A stretch of DNA of 63,558 nt, counting the filler, from Folioceros fuciformis (Eukaryota): assembly GCA_049999805.1 (NCBI GenBank). It is 5 parts of 5 records of this genome, joined end to end, with 100 filler letters (N's around TTAATTAATTAA, not from the genome) between each part and the next. Parts side by side here need not be neighbours in the genome. Positions count along the whole stretch, not along the records: positions 1 to 29,511 come from JBNGIO010006223.1; 4 more parts are not named here. The stretch is one strand, 5' to 3'. The position numbers and the translations under genes are program-made. A model generated the notes under the pieces. That model did not search any database, was not told where the DNA came from, and worked only from the letters and a program-made list of their open reading frames with translations. Positions 11,892-24,810 of the stretch are shown one piece after another (within the stretch, counting starts at the first letter, position 1; every line of letters begins with the position of its first letter).

Positions 11892-14821
11892 GTATGTCGA
11901 AAAGTACTTGTTGCGCGGAAGGGATGTAAATTTCGAGGACATAGTGGGAAGAAGGGCAGCCCCAAGTGTTCTCTAAATGTCCAAAAGTTGTACATTAAGA
12001 AAACCATAATTGTGTACTACGGATTCCACTTGACATCACACAAGTACCTATATGCGACAGACAAGAAGATTATAAGTGAGAAATTAGCCTTGCTATGATC
12101 GCACATTGAACCAGGCTTCCCTTCAGACGGGGGCACACAAGCACCAGCCGAACAATTTCATGATATTGATGAAGAAGAATGCGTACATTCCGATGTCACC
12201 AGCGTTTGAATGAAGTACACGTAAAGTGCCTTATTGGGCCATAAAGTAGACCTTGCAGTGCCAATGTACCATCCTCTTAGGCATGCAATCCGCATACCCG
12301 CCACTAGAGCTGTTGGATATAAAGAGCAGCATGATGATAGGTTGTTGAAGAACGCATGCAAAGAACTTGGTGTGTTGATCATAGCGTTTTTTGGGGTTTT
12401 GAGTGGAGTATAGGCAGATCATGGAAAAAGACAATATCCTCCGGCTTTTAGTTAGTTATCATGTGATAACTGAGATAGATGAAGATTGCATGCATGTATG
12501 AGTATAAATGTAAACTTCATTTTTTGATGCCCGACCATGGCTATTGGCAGGAGGAATTCGCTAAACGGCTTATAAGGGGAGTACCTGTTAATGTTCTCCC
12601 TCATCAGAACATAATTGTTGACTTCAAAGTAAGAGTTGGACAACAGGACTAATGCTTACATATGGCATAGCGCCGGCATGCCGGCACCCTTCATAGTTCT
12701 CCATTTTCTAGAGACCATGGTACACCTAACTGCACACGATTTGTGCAATCATCATCCAAAACTAAACCATACCTGTGTACTCCTTGTTTGAGAAAAAGGG
12801 TTATATTAGAATGACTTATCGACAGGAAGGACAAGCTGACATGGGTGTTGTTTAGCCATAATTTTGCGATGTTCAAAGTTCCATGACTATGAGGTTTGTT
12901 CTTTTCTGATGGGACTTGAAATTGAAGAGTGACCATGATTTTAGGTGGGGATCACATACAAAGGGCCAAATCGGTTGATTCAGTGCCCATGAAGCCAACC
13001 CTTCTGAGTATATATTATATTCCGATCCTTCAAAAATGCTAATATGGACCACCCTTCTCTCACACTAGTCGCCTCAGGTGCACTCAATGTAGCAGTGTGC
13101 TGGTAGACTGGCACTCTCATCCTAAAATCTATGAAAATAAAAAAACTACCTAACATGGACCTTGTAGCAGTAATGCTGATTTCGGATTTTATCAAAGCAT
13201 GTGGATGTAACTGGATAGTTTCAAAGACATTATGTTACCAACTCGTAATTTCGCCAAGTTTCTTTGTGAACATGATGAATATAAATTACGTCATGAACGT
13301 TGTATAGTTCATTTACGCATGTTCTACATAAAATTGAAATGAATCATGGATATTTGCCACAAAAATTACAAAAAAATTCTTCCGAAGTTCGATATGGCGA
13401 AATGTGACCGTTAGGCACATACCTTGTTACTCCTCAAAGAAAGCGAATCTTAAAAGTCGAAGTACCAACCTTCATTGACTTCTCCTATGCTCATAGGAGT
13501 CCAAGCCGAAGGGATTCGATCTTTGGTGGTTGGCGCACTTAGCCTGACAATTGTCTTGATGGCCATCATTAAGCGCCCCTAGGAGCAACTGTTGGTGGAG
13601 AGGGTGGTAGTAAGACCGGTTCGTGATGGTGACCCTATCTCGATGGCGGCTGGTGAGGACTCCTCTGAGAAGTGGTGAGGACTCCTCACTAACAACTCTG
13701 AGGAGTGTGGAGATTCTTGTTATGTCTGAAGGAAGTAAGTGCTTCAACACCATCATTTAGGGATTAAAGGTGTGCACTATTCACGTGTGTATAGTTTTAG
13801 TCTCTCTAGTTTAGACACATACGTGTACAGAGCAATGGTATTTCTTTCTATTCTATAATTTCTTCCCATAATGGTTTTTTCGATAATGGTTTTCCTATCA
13901 CCTTGGCCTAATTCTCTCTCTCCGCTTTGCTCCTCTCCCATCCATTATTCCTCTCTTGCGCGCTCTTTCTTCATTCGAAATCTAGCTTTCTAAGAATGGC
14001 CCTTGTGTTTGAAGGAAAATAAGATCCTTCCTCACTAGTTAAGCATGTAGTTTACCTTAGGTGGCTCTTTGCAGCTAGGCGTTTTCCGATTTCTTTTTTC
14101 TTCTCCTCGCCAGATTGAGGCCCTCCTCGCTCTTTGTGTGAACTTAAACTTAACAAGAACAAGGTTCCTGTGAAAAAAAGAAAAGAAAACAGGATGATTT
14201 TCGGCCTCATAATCTGTTAATTTTTGGTTCGAGAAGTGAAGAGTCCTCATCTCAAGAGCCGCAGACCGCGTTTCAGTATAAAAGGCAGCGACAAGACCTC
14301 CGTGACATTTACAATCTTGTTCCTCTGCAGGCTGCCACCGTGAGTCTGCTTGTTCTTCCAACCACTGCCTGGCTGCGTAGGTTTCTTTGGCTTTCCTCTA
14401 TCCTTTGGCGTTCCTCTGTCCTTTAGCGTTTATGTGTGCGCGCAATCTTGTGGTGCAATCGGAGTCTCGTTGTCGACAAGTAGCATCCAGCTCGTGATTC
14501 TCCTGTATCGTGCTTGTATAAGATCTTGTAGAGTTCGCTTGGCTTCGCTATTGACTGCACATTCGCCTGATTTCGTTATTCATCGCATGTGACTGCTGTG
14601 CGCATGTGGTATGTACTAGAGCCTGCATGAAGAGCCTACTAGAGCATGGAGTGTTGAGGTTGAGGCCGTCAGTTTGAAGCGGTGAACGTAAAGAAGATTC
14701 TGACTACTGGTGGAAAGTTAGACTGAACGCTTTGCACTGTCACAGGATTTGAAAGCTCCCAGATTCCTCCACAATGTGGTCACGAGGTCCTCAGACAAAC
14801 CAAACCGGCCGGGTACTGCAA

Positions 14822-17092
14822 ATGAGGAAGCTTCTCCTGATTTTCATATGTTCAGCGCCGCTTGTCTGTATTTGCACTGGCGTGAGTGAACCAGGTAAGA
14901 TCGGAGCGAATGTTAAGTTGTCCTCACACTGTGAAAGTTACGGACAGGCAGATAAGTTCTCGTACGGTCGATCGTCCTCCCGATTCTCGTGTTAGTGCTG
15001 TGCGCTGTTCCATGTACTGCATAATCGCGGGAAGCGTCTGACCTGTTTAGATCCAAAAAGCAGGACCAATCAATACTGATCCCGGGTATACATTCGTCCA
15101 CAACGCCACCGGAGCTCCAGCAAACGCCTCGTACGACTACATTATTGTTGGAGGAGGCACTGCGGGCTGCCCTCTTGCTGCCACTCTTTCCCTTGGCAAC
15201 TATACTGTGCTGTTGCTAGAGAGAGGAGGACAGCCATATCATGATGAAACTGTCATGCATTTAGATCAGTTCCCCACAATTCAAATGCAGGCTACTGTCA
15301 ATGCCACCACGGCCGGCCAGAGATTTGTATCTGAGGACGGTGTCCTGAATCTGAGAGCTAACGTTCTCGGGGGTGGCAGCGCCGTCAACGCAGGCTTCTT
15401 TACGTATGCCAGTCGCAGGTATATCCAGAGATACGGCTGGGATGAACAGCTGGTTAACCAGTCCTATGCGTGGGTCACAAGAATAGTGGGACATCTTCCA
15501 AGATTGAGGCAGTGGCAAAGTGCTTTTAGGTCTGGTCTCTTGGAAGCAGGCATCACCCCTTATAACGGTGCGACATACGAGCATATTCCGGGCACGAAAA
15601 TTGGCGGGCAAATTTTTGATGAACAAGGCATCCGTCACACTGCCGCTGATCTCCTCCAGTACGCGGACCCTCAAAGGCTCACAGTATATACTTATGCAAC
15701 TGTGGAGCAGATCTTGCTACGTCCAAAAGGTAATGGACAAGTGGTTTGACCATAAGACAGTAGACTGCACCAGTCTGCTTTTTTACGGAGTGTCTAAAGA
15801 TGCTGCTCATGAACTAGTTTTCCGGACGGAAACATGTGACTATCATTAATGGACTTCTGACATTGCAGTTTCTTGCTGGCTCAATGTATTTCAGATTCCC
15901 GGGGCAACGCAAGAGCTTATGGCGTTCGATTCAGAGATGCCCTAGGCAGGGTACACACAGCCACGTTACTCGACGAGGAAGGAGGAAGTGAGGTTATATT
16001 GTCAGCAGGAGCCCTCGGCAGTCCTCAGCTGCTCTTGCTAAGTGGAATCGGACCAGCTTCAAAATTGACACCCTTTGACATTGAGGTGAAGGTGCCCCTG
16101 GAACAAGTGGGGGAGCGAATAGCTGACAACCCGACGAATGTCATGTTTGTCCCATCGCCCAATCCAGTCGAGACCTCCTCCATTGAAGTTGTTGGCATCA
16201 CTCGGTACAACAGCTTCATCGAAGGTGGATGCGGCGGAAGCAACCAGGGACTCACAAGAGGTAGTTTGAACACAGTGGATCCTAGGAATCGTACCCTCAG
16301 TCTTTCTCAGCGGTACAACGACATTCTCGCAGGACTGAATCAGACAGTTCAAGCACAGCTAGCACAGGGAGGACTTTTTCTGCAGAAGGTAGGAGAAATT
16401 TCAAACAATCATACCTGCAGGCGTGCTACAATGTGTAGAACTGGTCGCTTTAGATTCTGACGATATATCTTGTGCGGGTCACGAACAGGTAGCTGGGCCC
16501 CTGTCCACGGGAACGCTGCGTCTGAACTCGACAGACGTGAGAGTCAATCCAACCGTGAGATTCAATTACTACGACGACCCCGAGGACTTGCAATCGTGCG
16601 TAGATGGTGTTCGAGTCATAGACCGCGTCGTAAGATCCGACGCCTTCAGAAACTTCAGATATGCGGTCCCAGAGGATATTCCCGGCGGCTTGCGGACAAA
16701 TCTTTACCTTATTGGAGACCTTCCACCTACTTATGTGAATGATACTCAACGGTTGGAGGAGTGGTGCAGACGTACTGTTGTCACAATATGGCACTACCAC
16801 GGGGGCTGTCGCTTGGGTTCTGTAGTTGATGAAAAGACTCATCGTGTGTTGGGAGTGGACGCTCTTCGCGTGATTGACGGTTCTAACTGGAACTATACCC
16901 CAGGAGCAAATCCGCAGGCGACTGTGATGATGTTTGGAAGGCAAGTTTGTCCAGATTAACGTATTGTGGCGAAAGTTTTGATTTTGGTTTCTTGCTTGCC
17001 TAACACAGAATGGTCTGAAATGCATTCTGGATTGCAGGTATATGGGCGTGAAAATTTTGCAGGAGCGAGCTGGTGACCCTGACGTGTACTGA
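14822..17092 (+). CDS. HOTHEAD-like / mandelonitrile-lyase-like GMC oxidoreductase, 5 exons (14822-14894, 15064-15729, 15895-16388, 16489-16940, 17038-17092); alternative in-frame ATG at 14774
   Basis: Signal peptide; YDYIIVGGGTAGCPLAATLS; LGGGSAVNAGF; EVILSAGALGSPQLLLLSGIGP; TIWHYHGGC; PGANPQATVMMFGRYMG. Confidence 0.93.
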
Positions 17093-17545
17093 GAAATCTG
17101 GCGGTCACACTGGTACTCACATAATAAATAGGTTAGCACCGAGGTATGTAATGTGTGGGTTCGTAGTTAGGCAATGACATCGTGTCACGTCTGTGGTAAG
17201 AGTCATGCACAAATAGATTTTGGACAGTAGGACAACAACAGATTTTGGGACCTAGGACACGAGTTACGGTAGCAGCCTCCCGCTTGAATGCCAGTCCGGT
17301 ATGCCGGTTACTGGCGTACATGGTATGGAAGTCGACGAATATGTTTCATACTTATGCAATACAGTATGCCTAAATGTATATGTACGTTTGTTGTGGAACC
17401 GTTTCTCATTTGTAAAAGATCCGTACGTGTTAGCAATCGGTCGCTAGGCGGGACCTGGCCGTGCCAGCCTTTTGCCACTGGCTGCAAAATCCATCGCAGG
17501 GCCTTATCGCTTACTTCGTGTTGCCCTTGTAGAACCGGCTGGGAC

Positions 17546-18666
17546 ATGGCCTCTTCCGTCCTCAGTGCTTGGTGCTGGAGGTGCCTTGTTGCATCGCCAT
17601 CCTGGCCAAAGGCGGGCTTGCACCGTGTGATGGCTGGTAGCCTGGAGCTGAAGCCCCGGCTTAGGTCGTCGTCGGTCAGGTGACAAAAAGGGCTGGAATT
17701 TCTTCCCGAATGAACTGTGCAGTACGCTGAATCCCTCTGGAAAACGCTTTTGTCGCTTGTTTCACAGCTTCTCGTCGTCGTCTGCTATGGTGAAGCCGGT
17801 GGGATTGAGGATTTTCGATTTGTGTGGGCGTGTGGGAAAACCGCAGAGAGCTACCTGCGCTGTATTGATCTCAGTGGACACATTGCGCTGGGTGGCCTCT
17901 GCCGCTTCTCTGTAATGACGGATCGCACGCTGTCTCCAGTTCACAGCCAAAGCTCCTGCTAAGTTCCTTTTGTTCTTGCCAGGGTTCTTATCTTGGCTAG
18001 AAGTTCACGAGTGCAAAAGTCACTCGTGGTTCCCTTGTTGGCATTGACTGTGCCAAGAGAGGTTCTGAGCTGGATGAGGTCAGTGTTGGTGTTTCAGCTC
18101 TGAAAGCAAGAACGTACATTCCTCTCTTACCCGCGGCCGCGTGTTTTGCAGAGGAGATTATGGCTTGTGGGTGGGCTTCATAGGCCTGTGTGTCCGTTTG
18201 TTCTACTCCATTCCAGGTTGGTGCAAGCTCGCATTATGTGAAGGAAAGTTGTGCTCTCAAGTGTGAGATGCATAGGATGACAAGAGCGAAGCGAGCTTGA
18301 TCGCCTTGTTTTCGAAAACCAGTGGAAATGGAGATGCCTTTATCGTTGCTGCTTCTAGTTATCACGGCTCCTTTTCAGTTGCTATCCTTCAGGTACGTTT
18401 CCTACGCAGCAGATGTTTTGGCTGCTCTCGCACTTTTCGTCACAGATTTGGATAACGCGTGGCTGCCCTTTTTACCATCAATTCTCAGGAACCAGCCTGC
18501 CGCGGGCGTGCTAACATTGGTTATAGCAAGTATTTTGTCCTATCAACACTTCTTTCGGGCAGGAGGTTTGGATGGAGCATTTCACAAAAGCAATTTCATC
18601 GCTTCTGTGGCCGTAATATTGGTGTTGGTAATACCAGTTATATTTTTCATTCAAGGTGTTTACTGA
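17546..18666 (+). CDS. COR413IM: Cold-regulated 413 chloroplast inner-membrane protein (multi-exon; 5' exons uncertain)
   Basis: Spliced exons give KSLVVPLLAL..LSWMRGDYGLW..VRLFYSIP..EMEMPL..VITAPFQ..SYQHFFRAGGL, matching the recalled COR413-TM/IM family. Confidence 0.85.
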
Positions 18667-19556
18667 CAGCACAGCAATCCATCTGCGTAAAGCCCACTAG
18701 AGGAACACCAGATGCCCATACCCGCTAGCCAGCATGGCCCACCGAGATGACTTTGCTGTGAGATTTAAGACGGTCGAACGATCTTCAGAACCCTGCTGTC
18801 CAATTCAAATGAAAGCAGATCTTTTTGCTGACGAAGGGCAGTTCATGCCATAACTTCACCAGGAAATGTAGGGAGATTATCAGCTTGGTGGCTACACTGG
18901 CCAATCCGTTTTGCTCGAAGTGCAAATTAAAGCTGGGGAGCAACACGAGATATTGCAGAGCGAGACAATTTCCTTCTGCCTTTTAGTTGAGCACAGACCT
19001 TCCAACTGTGCACCGTCCTTCCAACGTCCACTCAGGCAGAGTCTCGTCTCTCTACAACAAGCCATGCAGCTTTTATTTTTTCGTGTGCTTGCTACTTGGC
19101 AAACTCCGATCTCTGCGTAATCCGCCTCCTACGTTTCCGATTCCTGAGACTGTCTTTGTCGGGGCGTGAAGGAGGAATTCCCTTGTCCTTCCCGACTTAA
19201 ACGCAAGCATACGGTCCATACCCCTCTCTAGAAGGTCTTTCTGGGCGTATTTCGCTCTCGAGCCTCATGCTCCCCCTCCCACCGTGGTCACAGGATTGGC
19301 ACAAGAGTGGCTACTCCCAGCTCCGCACAACCACCCGACCAAAACCCCGACCGCGTGTGGGGTTGACTCAGGTCAGGACTGTCCACTCTCGAGAAGGGGC
19401 GGTGCCATTGCCTCAGGGTTTACAGCACTCGGACGGTGTCATGGCCTGCTTGCACATGTATAACACATTGTGAAATTAGGTCTTAGCAGGTCCAGGGAAA
19501 CTCGTCAGTTTAGTCTTTTGGCTCCAGTACGCTCTCCTTCGCCGCGACTTGCTCCC

Positions 19557-19856
19557 ATGGGGTACCCCAAGGACTACCCGAAGTTCGACACATCGAAGCC
19601 GGACGACTTCGACCGGCTTAACCCTTACGCCGATCCTGTAGCGTTGCTGGAGTATCGGGAGTGGCTGGTGCGGGAAAAGTTGGTTGCCATCGAGACGGCT
19701 AAGATCCTGAGGGAGCGCGTGAAGCAATGCTATAGGCGCGAAGGGGTCAATCACTTCTCGAAGTGTCAGGATGCTGTGCGGCGCTACCTGGAATCCATCA
19801 AGGGCATCGGCTGGGGCAAGGATGCTCGCCCGCCCTACATGGAGAAGGATGTCTAG
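19557..19856 (+). CDS. NDUFB10: Mitochondrial complex I subunit NDUFB10/PDSW, single coding exon
   Basis: NPYADPVA..VREK..AKILRERVKQCYRREGVNHFSKC..GIGWGKD. Confidence 0.95.
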   Translation: MGYPKDYPKFDTSKPDDFDRLNPYADPVALLEYREWLVREKLVAIETAKILRERVKQCYRREGVNHFSKCQDAVRRYLESIKGIGWGKDARPPYMEKDV

Positions 19857-20704
19857 CCATTCTCCCTGGCAGCTAGGTGTGAGATGTTGAGGTGTCTGGC
19901 GTGGCCAAGTATGTGTCATCTTCGTACCATTATGCTTGTCACAAAAAATTTTTCTTTGCTTGCTCTCAGCAGATGCTGCCATCAGTGCAGTGTCATGACC
20001 TATTGTGTTTGGTTGGCTCTACTGCCACTGTTGGCTGTACTGCAACTATATCATGCTCCATCTCGTACAATGTTTCAAACTTGGGCAGAAATGGGAAGAA
20101 GCTGATGTCCTTTAGGCCTCCAACTAGTATTCATATGCGGGCACCGTGGCAGCGAGCAGTGGAGTGGAGTAGAGAGCATCATCGACGCCCTCCTAGTTTT
20201 TAGTCAGACGCTGCCAGTGAGGCATGGAGATGATTCGTCCCTCCGCAGAGACGTTGTCTAATTATCCCTTTGTTGGTGGAGTTTAAGACTGATAACCTCC
20301 GATCAGTGGACCGTCACTCTTAGGGTTCCTGGGTGGCGAGTTGTGAGGAGACGTGAAGCAGATTTTGTGCAGTTTCGCCAGTTTAGCCGGTAGTGCGCCC
20401 GGGTTGGCCCGTTGTGGCCAGATCGGTGCTCCAGGATAGCGCAGGATAAGCCTACGAGGCCCTACCAAGTGTGCCCCTCGCTTCACGGATGCCATGAATC
20501 GTTTCCTCCTACCGGGAGCATGGATCTCCGCGGCTGATGCCGTGATGGACCTGCTTCAGCAGGTCTTGTAGCGGGGTCATGAAGTGCGACTTGGTGTGTG
20601 GAAGCGCTGGCAGCAGGCTCAAAGTTAGTGTTTTCGGAAATTCAATGGCAGAGTGTAGGTAGTGAGCTGCCAAGGAGTGGAGGAGGGGGCAGGAGGTGGC
20701 AGGC

Positions 20705-22402
20705 ATGGCGAGCTTGATGGTGGCGTCACGGCCGCCCTTGCTGGCTGGGCCTGGCGAGAAGGTAGTGTTTCCAGGGAGGAGGGTTGAGCAGCAGCAGGTG
20801 AAAGGGCAGTGGGGGATGCGCAGGAGGCAGCATGTGATAGAAGCATGGCGGTGCCAGGCGGGAATGGAAGACTTGGTTGCCAGTGCGATTCACGGGCTGG
20901 TTGTGGGGGTGGGAGTGGGCCTACCCTGCACCGTGATGGAGTGCGGGGATGTGGTGTACCGGAGCACCTTGCCGGCGCAGGGGTTGCAGTTGACCGCCCC
21001 GGGGGTGCTGCTGTCTCTGCTGCTTCTGGCTTATCTGGGAGCCACTCCCGGTGTGGCTGCCGGTTTCTGGGACATGTTCGTCTTGGCCAGGCTGGAGGTG
21101 CTGCAGCGGCCCAGCGTTGGCAAGGAGGATCTGCGACTGGGGAAGAAGCTTGGGGAAGGAGCCTTCGGGACGGTGTTCAAGGCATCCGTTGTGGGTAAGG
21201 GGGCCGAGGAGCTCATCGTGAAGAAGGCGAGCGAGTATGGTTCCGTGGAGGTCTGGATGAACCAGCGGGTGCGCAGGGCTTGTCCCAACAGCTGCGCCGA
21301 ATTCGTGCACGGCTTTGCGGACAGCTCCGACAAGGGCAAGGGGGAGCAATACTGGCTGGTGTGGAAGTACGAGGGGGAGTCTACGCTGGCGGACCTTATG
21401 GCCAAGAAGGATTTTCCCTACAACTTGGAGCAGCAGATGTTGGGAGAATCAGCCGGAGTGAGGAGCCTGGCGCGGGAGAACGAAATTATCCGCGTCATCT
21501 TGCGCCAGATCATGTTGGCCATCGGCCAGTTGCACAAGACAGGAATTGTGCACCGGGACATCAAGCCCCAGAACATCATTTTCTCCCAGGGCTCCAACCG
21601 CTTTAAGATAATTGACTTGGGCGCGGCTGCAGATCTGCGGGTCGGCATCAACTACGTGCCCAAGGAGTTCCTCTTGGATCCCCGCTATGCTGCTCCGGAG
21701 CAGTACATCATGAGCACGCAGACCCCGTCGGCTCCGCCAGCCCCGGTGGCCACTTTCCTGGCGCCTGTCCTGTGGCAGATGAATCTCCCAGACAGGTTCG
21801 ATGTTTACAGCGCGGGGCTCATATTTCTGCAATTGGTGTTCCCCAATCTCAGGTCCGACACTGGCCTCATTGCCTTCAACAGACAGCTAAAGCGCTGCGA
21901 GTACGACCTGGAAGCCTGGAGGGAGATGGCGGGGAAGCGGGCATCAGCGGATGTGCAGAAAGGGCTGGAGATTATGAACCTGAACGGAGGGCTGGGATGG
22001 GAACTGGTGCAGGAGATGGTTCGGTTTAAGAGCAGGCAACGGATGAGTGCCAAGGAGGCTCTGGCTCACCCCTATCTTGAAACGGCTGGGCTGCTGCCCA
22101 CGTCGTTTCTACAGCGGCTGCGTATAAGGCTCCTGCGCGCTGGCGACGAGGAGGAGAGCGAGTTTTCCCGGTGGGTACAGGGCCTCATGGCGAAGTCTGG
22201 AACCAAAACTGTTGGGGGCTTCACCGAAGCCCAGTTGCAGGAGCTGGTGAAGCAAGCACCTAAGAAGGCCACGCTCCCTCGCAATGCTTGGGCCTCTTTT
22301 CTTCGTTTCAAGAGACAGGTTACGCGCACTGTAGATGCAACAGTGGACGAGCTTCGTAATGCGAAAAGGTTCCCCTTCTGGTGGAACCGCTCCCAGTCCT
22401 GA
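20705..22402 (+). CDS. STN7: Chloroplast state-transition Ser/Thr kinase STN7, intronless
   Basis: GVGVGLPCTVMECGD..YRSTLP lumenal Cys pair, TM helix, kinase HRDIKPQN, DLGAAADLRVGINYVPKEFLLDPRYAAPEQY, C-terminal GGFTEAQLQE and WWNR. Confidence 0.96.
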   Translation: MASLMVASRPPLLAGPGEKVVFPGRRVEQQQVKGQWGMRRRQHVIEAWRCQAGMEDLVASAIHGLVVGVGVGLPCTVMECGDVVYRSTLPAQGLQLTAPGVLLSLLLLAYLGATPGVAAGFWDMFVLARLEVLQRPSVGKEDLRLGKKLGEGAFGTVFKASVVGKGAEELIVKKASEYGSVEVWMNQRVRRACPNSCAEFVHGFADSSDKGKGEQYWLVWKYEGESTLADLMAKKDFPYNLEQQMLGESAGVRSLARENEIIRVILRQIMLAIGQLHKTGIVHRDIKPQNIIFSQGSNRFKIIDLGAAADLRVGINYVPKEFLLDPRYAAPEQYIMSTQTPSAPPAPVATFLAPVLWQMNLPDRFDVYSAGLIFLQLVFPNLRSDTGLIAFNRQLKRCEYDLEAWREMAGKRASADVQKGLEIMNLNGGLGWELVQEMVRFKSRQRMSAKEALAHPYLETAGLLPTSFLQRLRIRLLRAGDEEESEFSRWVQGLMAKSGTKTVGGFTEAQLQELVKQAPKKATLPRNAWASFLRFKRQVTRTVDATVDELRNAKRFPFWWNRSQS

Positions 22403-22899
22403 CTGTCAAGTCATTCTACTCCGCGCTTTGCTATGGTTTCGCTCCTATACACTAGTATACCTCACTTCACTCCGCTGAGAAGGAATCGATTGATGATTTG
22501 TGTTTTACGTGCCGATCCACCTCCTGGTTTCAGAGGTGGTAAAGTTTGCCAGGATCTGGCCTCGGTAGGCCTGACTATCGGTTCGCCATGGTACGGGCAG
22601 GCGGACCGATACGCCGCTTATGTAATGGCGTTCCTCTCCCTTAGTCCCTCTATCATATCCTCATATCCGTACCAACCCCAGACCGACCCACCGGTTGCGA
22701 TGGAAACTAGTTGAAGTTTCCGTCGCCCTCATCGTCAGTTACCGTGGCGAGACTCCTTGCTCTTCGTGGCAATTACCATGGCGATATTTCTTGCTCATTC
22801 GTTTCAGTTGAGCAAGAGCGGAGAGAGTGCTATGCTCGAAGCAGGGCACTCGGTAAGAGTTGAAAGACCAAGGCTGGGGAGGATGCACGTATACCAATC

Positions 22900-23150
22900 G
22901 TGCTCCACTTATACTAATGGTGCTCCACGTATACTAATCGTGCTCCATATTTTTTTTAATGACTTGGAATCGGAGCAATCCTCATACAAGCATCATACAA
23001 GCATCATATCTTGTCCTAGCCAAGACAAACAACTCCACTTATACAGTCGTGCTCCATAGGCTTGGTTGAAGGAAATTTTCTTTTAATGACTTAGAATGAG
23101 AGCAATCCTCATACAAGCATCCATCTTGTCCTAGCCAAGACAAACAATAA
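22900..23150. repeat. Short local duplications
   Basis: ATACTAAT(G/C)GTGCTCCA repeats at ~20-bp spacing. TTTTAATGACTT..AGCAATCCTCATACAAGCATC..TCTTGTCCTAGCCAAGACAAACAA occurs near 22954 and 23081. Confidence 0.8.
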
Positions 23151-23270
23151 CAGCTAGTTTATATCCCTTGAACCGCAGTGCAGGATTTCATGAAGGGTAT
23201 GAACACATTGTCACGGACTCCTACGTATTATTACAAGGCATCTCATAGAGGGCCGGCCAACACGACTTCA

Positions 23271-23488
23271 GCAAATTGAAGATAGATGCAGCCATTGTCA
23301 CAACACAATATTTATGGACCCAAAGGATTCAATTTGTTTACTAGCAAATTGAAGATAGATGCAACCATTGTCACAACACAGTATTTATGGACCTAAAAGA
23401 TTCAATTTGTTTACTAGCAAATTGAAGATAGATGCAGCCATTGTCACAACACAGTATTTATGGACCCAAAGGATTCAATCTGTTTACT
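23271..23488. repeat. 73-bp tandem repeat, 3 copies
   Basis: GCAAATTGAAGATAGATGC starts at 23271, 23344 and 23417. Confidence 0.95.
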
Positions 23489-23920
23489 TTCTACTTGTTG
23501 GTATCATTGACATATTTCATCTTCAGTATCTTGCTTGTAGTTATTGGTGTGCATATGGACCACAGGACTTACTAATCAAGAGGTGTGGCCACAAAAGTGG
23601 GAATGGGAAGTCTTGTGGCCCATATCCACTCCCATGCCTTCACCACTTGTACCTATTATTGTAGAGGGTGAGAAGAAGCGTTGATGGTCTCGGATTGCTA
23701 ATGGTGAAAGCATCAAACATGGCTATCAAACTTTGTTTACCATTGTACAATTACAAAGATGGTCAGTAATTACTCAACTAACTTTATACTAAACTATGCA
23801 CCTGGATGTTTCTGGAAGAGTGTGTCATGGCCTAGAGTACATAGGCATGCTAAGAGAAGTCAAAGCTCCTTACTTTAGTGCTAACAAGAAGGCATAGGTA
23901 AAACATGATTTACTATACAA

Positions 23921-24735
23921 TGTTGATGGAGAAACTGAGGAGGACCTTGGGAGATGCTGGAGACCGAAGAGAATCACTGAGAAATTGCTAGATGATTAAG
24001 AAAGATTGCTGAAGCTTGGATGTGATTTCTAGAAGGGTTCTAAGAGATTTTTGGACGTTTGTGGAAGACTGTTGAAGATTGTTGGAGACTGAGGGAGATT
24101 GTGGAGGATTGCTAAGGGATTGCTGGAGATTTGTGGACATTGCTGGAGGATTGGAGACATTTGGAATCAAGCCTGTGAGGAATAAGCGTACACTAGAGTT
24201 CTGGTGTGTTTTGCATGTGTTGCGAGTGTTGCATGTGTGTGTGGGGGGGGTGTGGCTGATCTGCGGGGCCTTGTTCCCCAAGGATTAGCATCTACATGTG
24301 TGAGAAGCATCCAATAAGCCCAAATCTGTGAGTCTGGAAGCCCTTGGGCAGAAACCCGCTGTGGAAACCCGCAGCGGTGCAGGCGCCAGAAAATATCAGT
24401 TAGGGTTTTGGGTAGGTCCCACCACGGTCATGGAACCCACTATCGGTTGTGGAAGCTACTAGTGGTCGCGGAGACCACAACCACAGTCGTAGAGTAGGGA
24501 CCAAAGTTGTAGAGTAGGGTCCGCGGTAGCTAGGCTAACTGAGGGGTAGCGGTAGGGAATAGTAGGTAGTAGAACTGGTGGCATATAGGGCTTGACCTAA
24601 GCAAGAGTCGGTATTAGAAGAAACTTGTATTACTTGGCACAAATCATTCCCTTGGGAGCGAATCCCATGGCTACAACGACATAGAGGGTTTGTGTGGGCC
24701 TCGCGGTGTCCTCGAACACAACATTTTACTCCACA
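23921..24735. repeat. LTR-like sequence, left arm of a large inverted repeat
   Basis: Ends ...ACATTTTACTCCACA, the near reverse complement of TGTGGAGGAAAATATTGTG at 25255. Homology extends over several hundred bp. The left boundary is approximate. Confidence 0.75.
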
Positions 24736-24736
24736 C

Positions 24737-24810
24737 CTACTTAAGGATAGAAAATTAGTGGGCTGCAAGTGGACTTTTAAGATTAAGTTAAATGCAGATG
24801 GGGAGTATGT
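24737..24810 (+). mobile_element. Tiny Copia RT fragment
   Basis: Translates LLKDRKLVGCKWTFKIKLNADGSM. Confidence 0.75.

Noticed and set aside
14470..14479. TTGTCGACAA as a zinc-deficiency response element for the bZIP
   Set aside because: It mismatches RTGTCGACAY at both ends, is a single copy, and lies upstream of a gene with no zinc link.
18393..18488. In-frame, stop-free 96-nt intron in COR413IM as a possible exitron
   Set aside because: This is expected by chance with short introns of ~50% GC, and family homology requires its removal.
23560..23920. Possible LINE remnant (DGLGLL..N.A)
   Set aside because: The similarity is too short to support a call.
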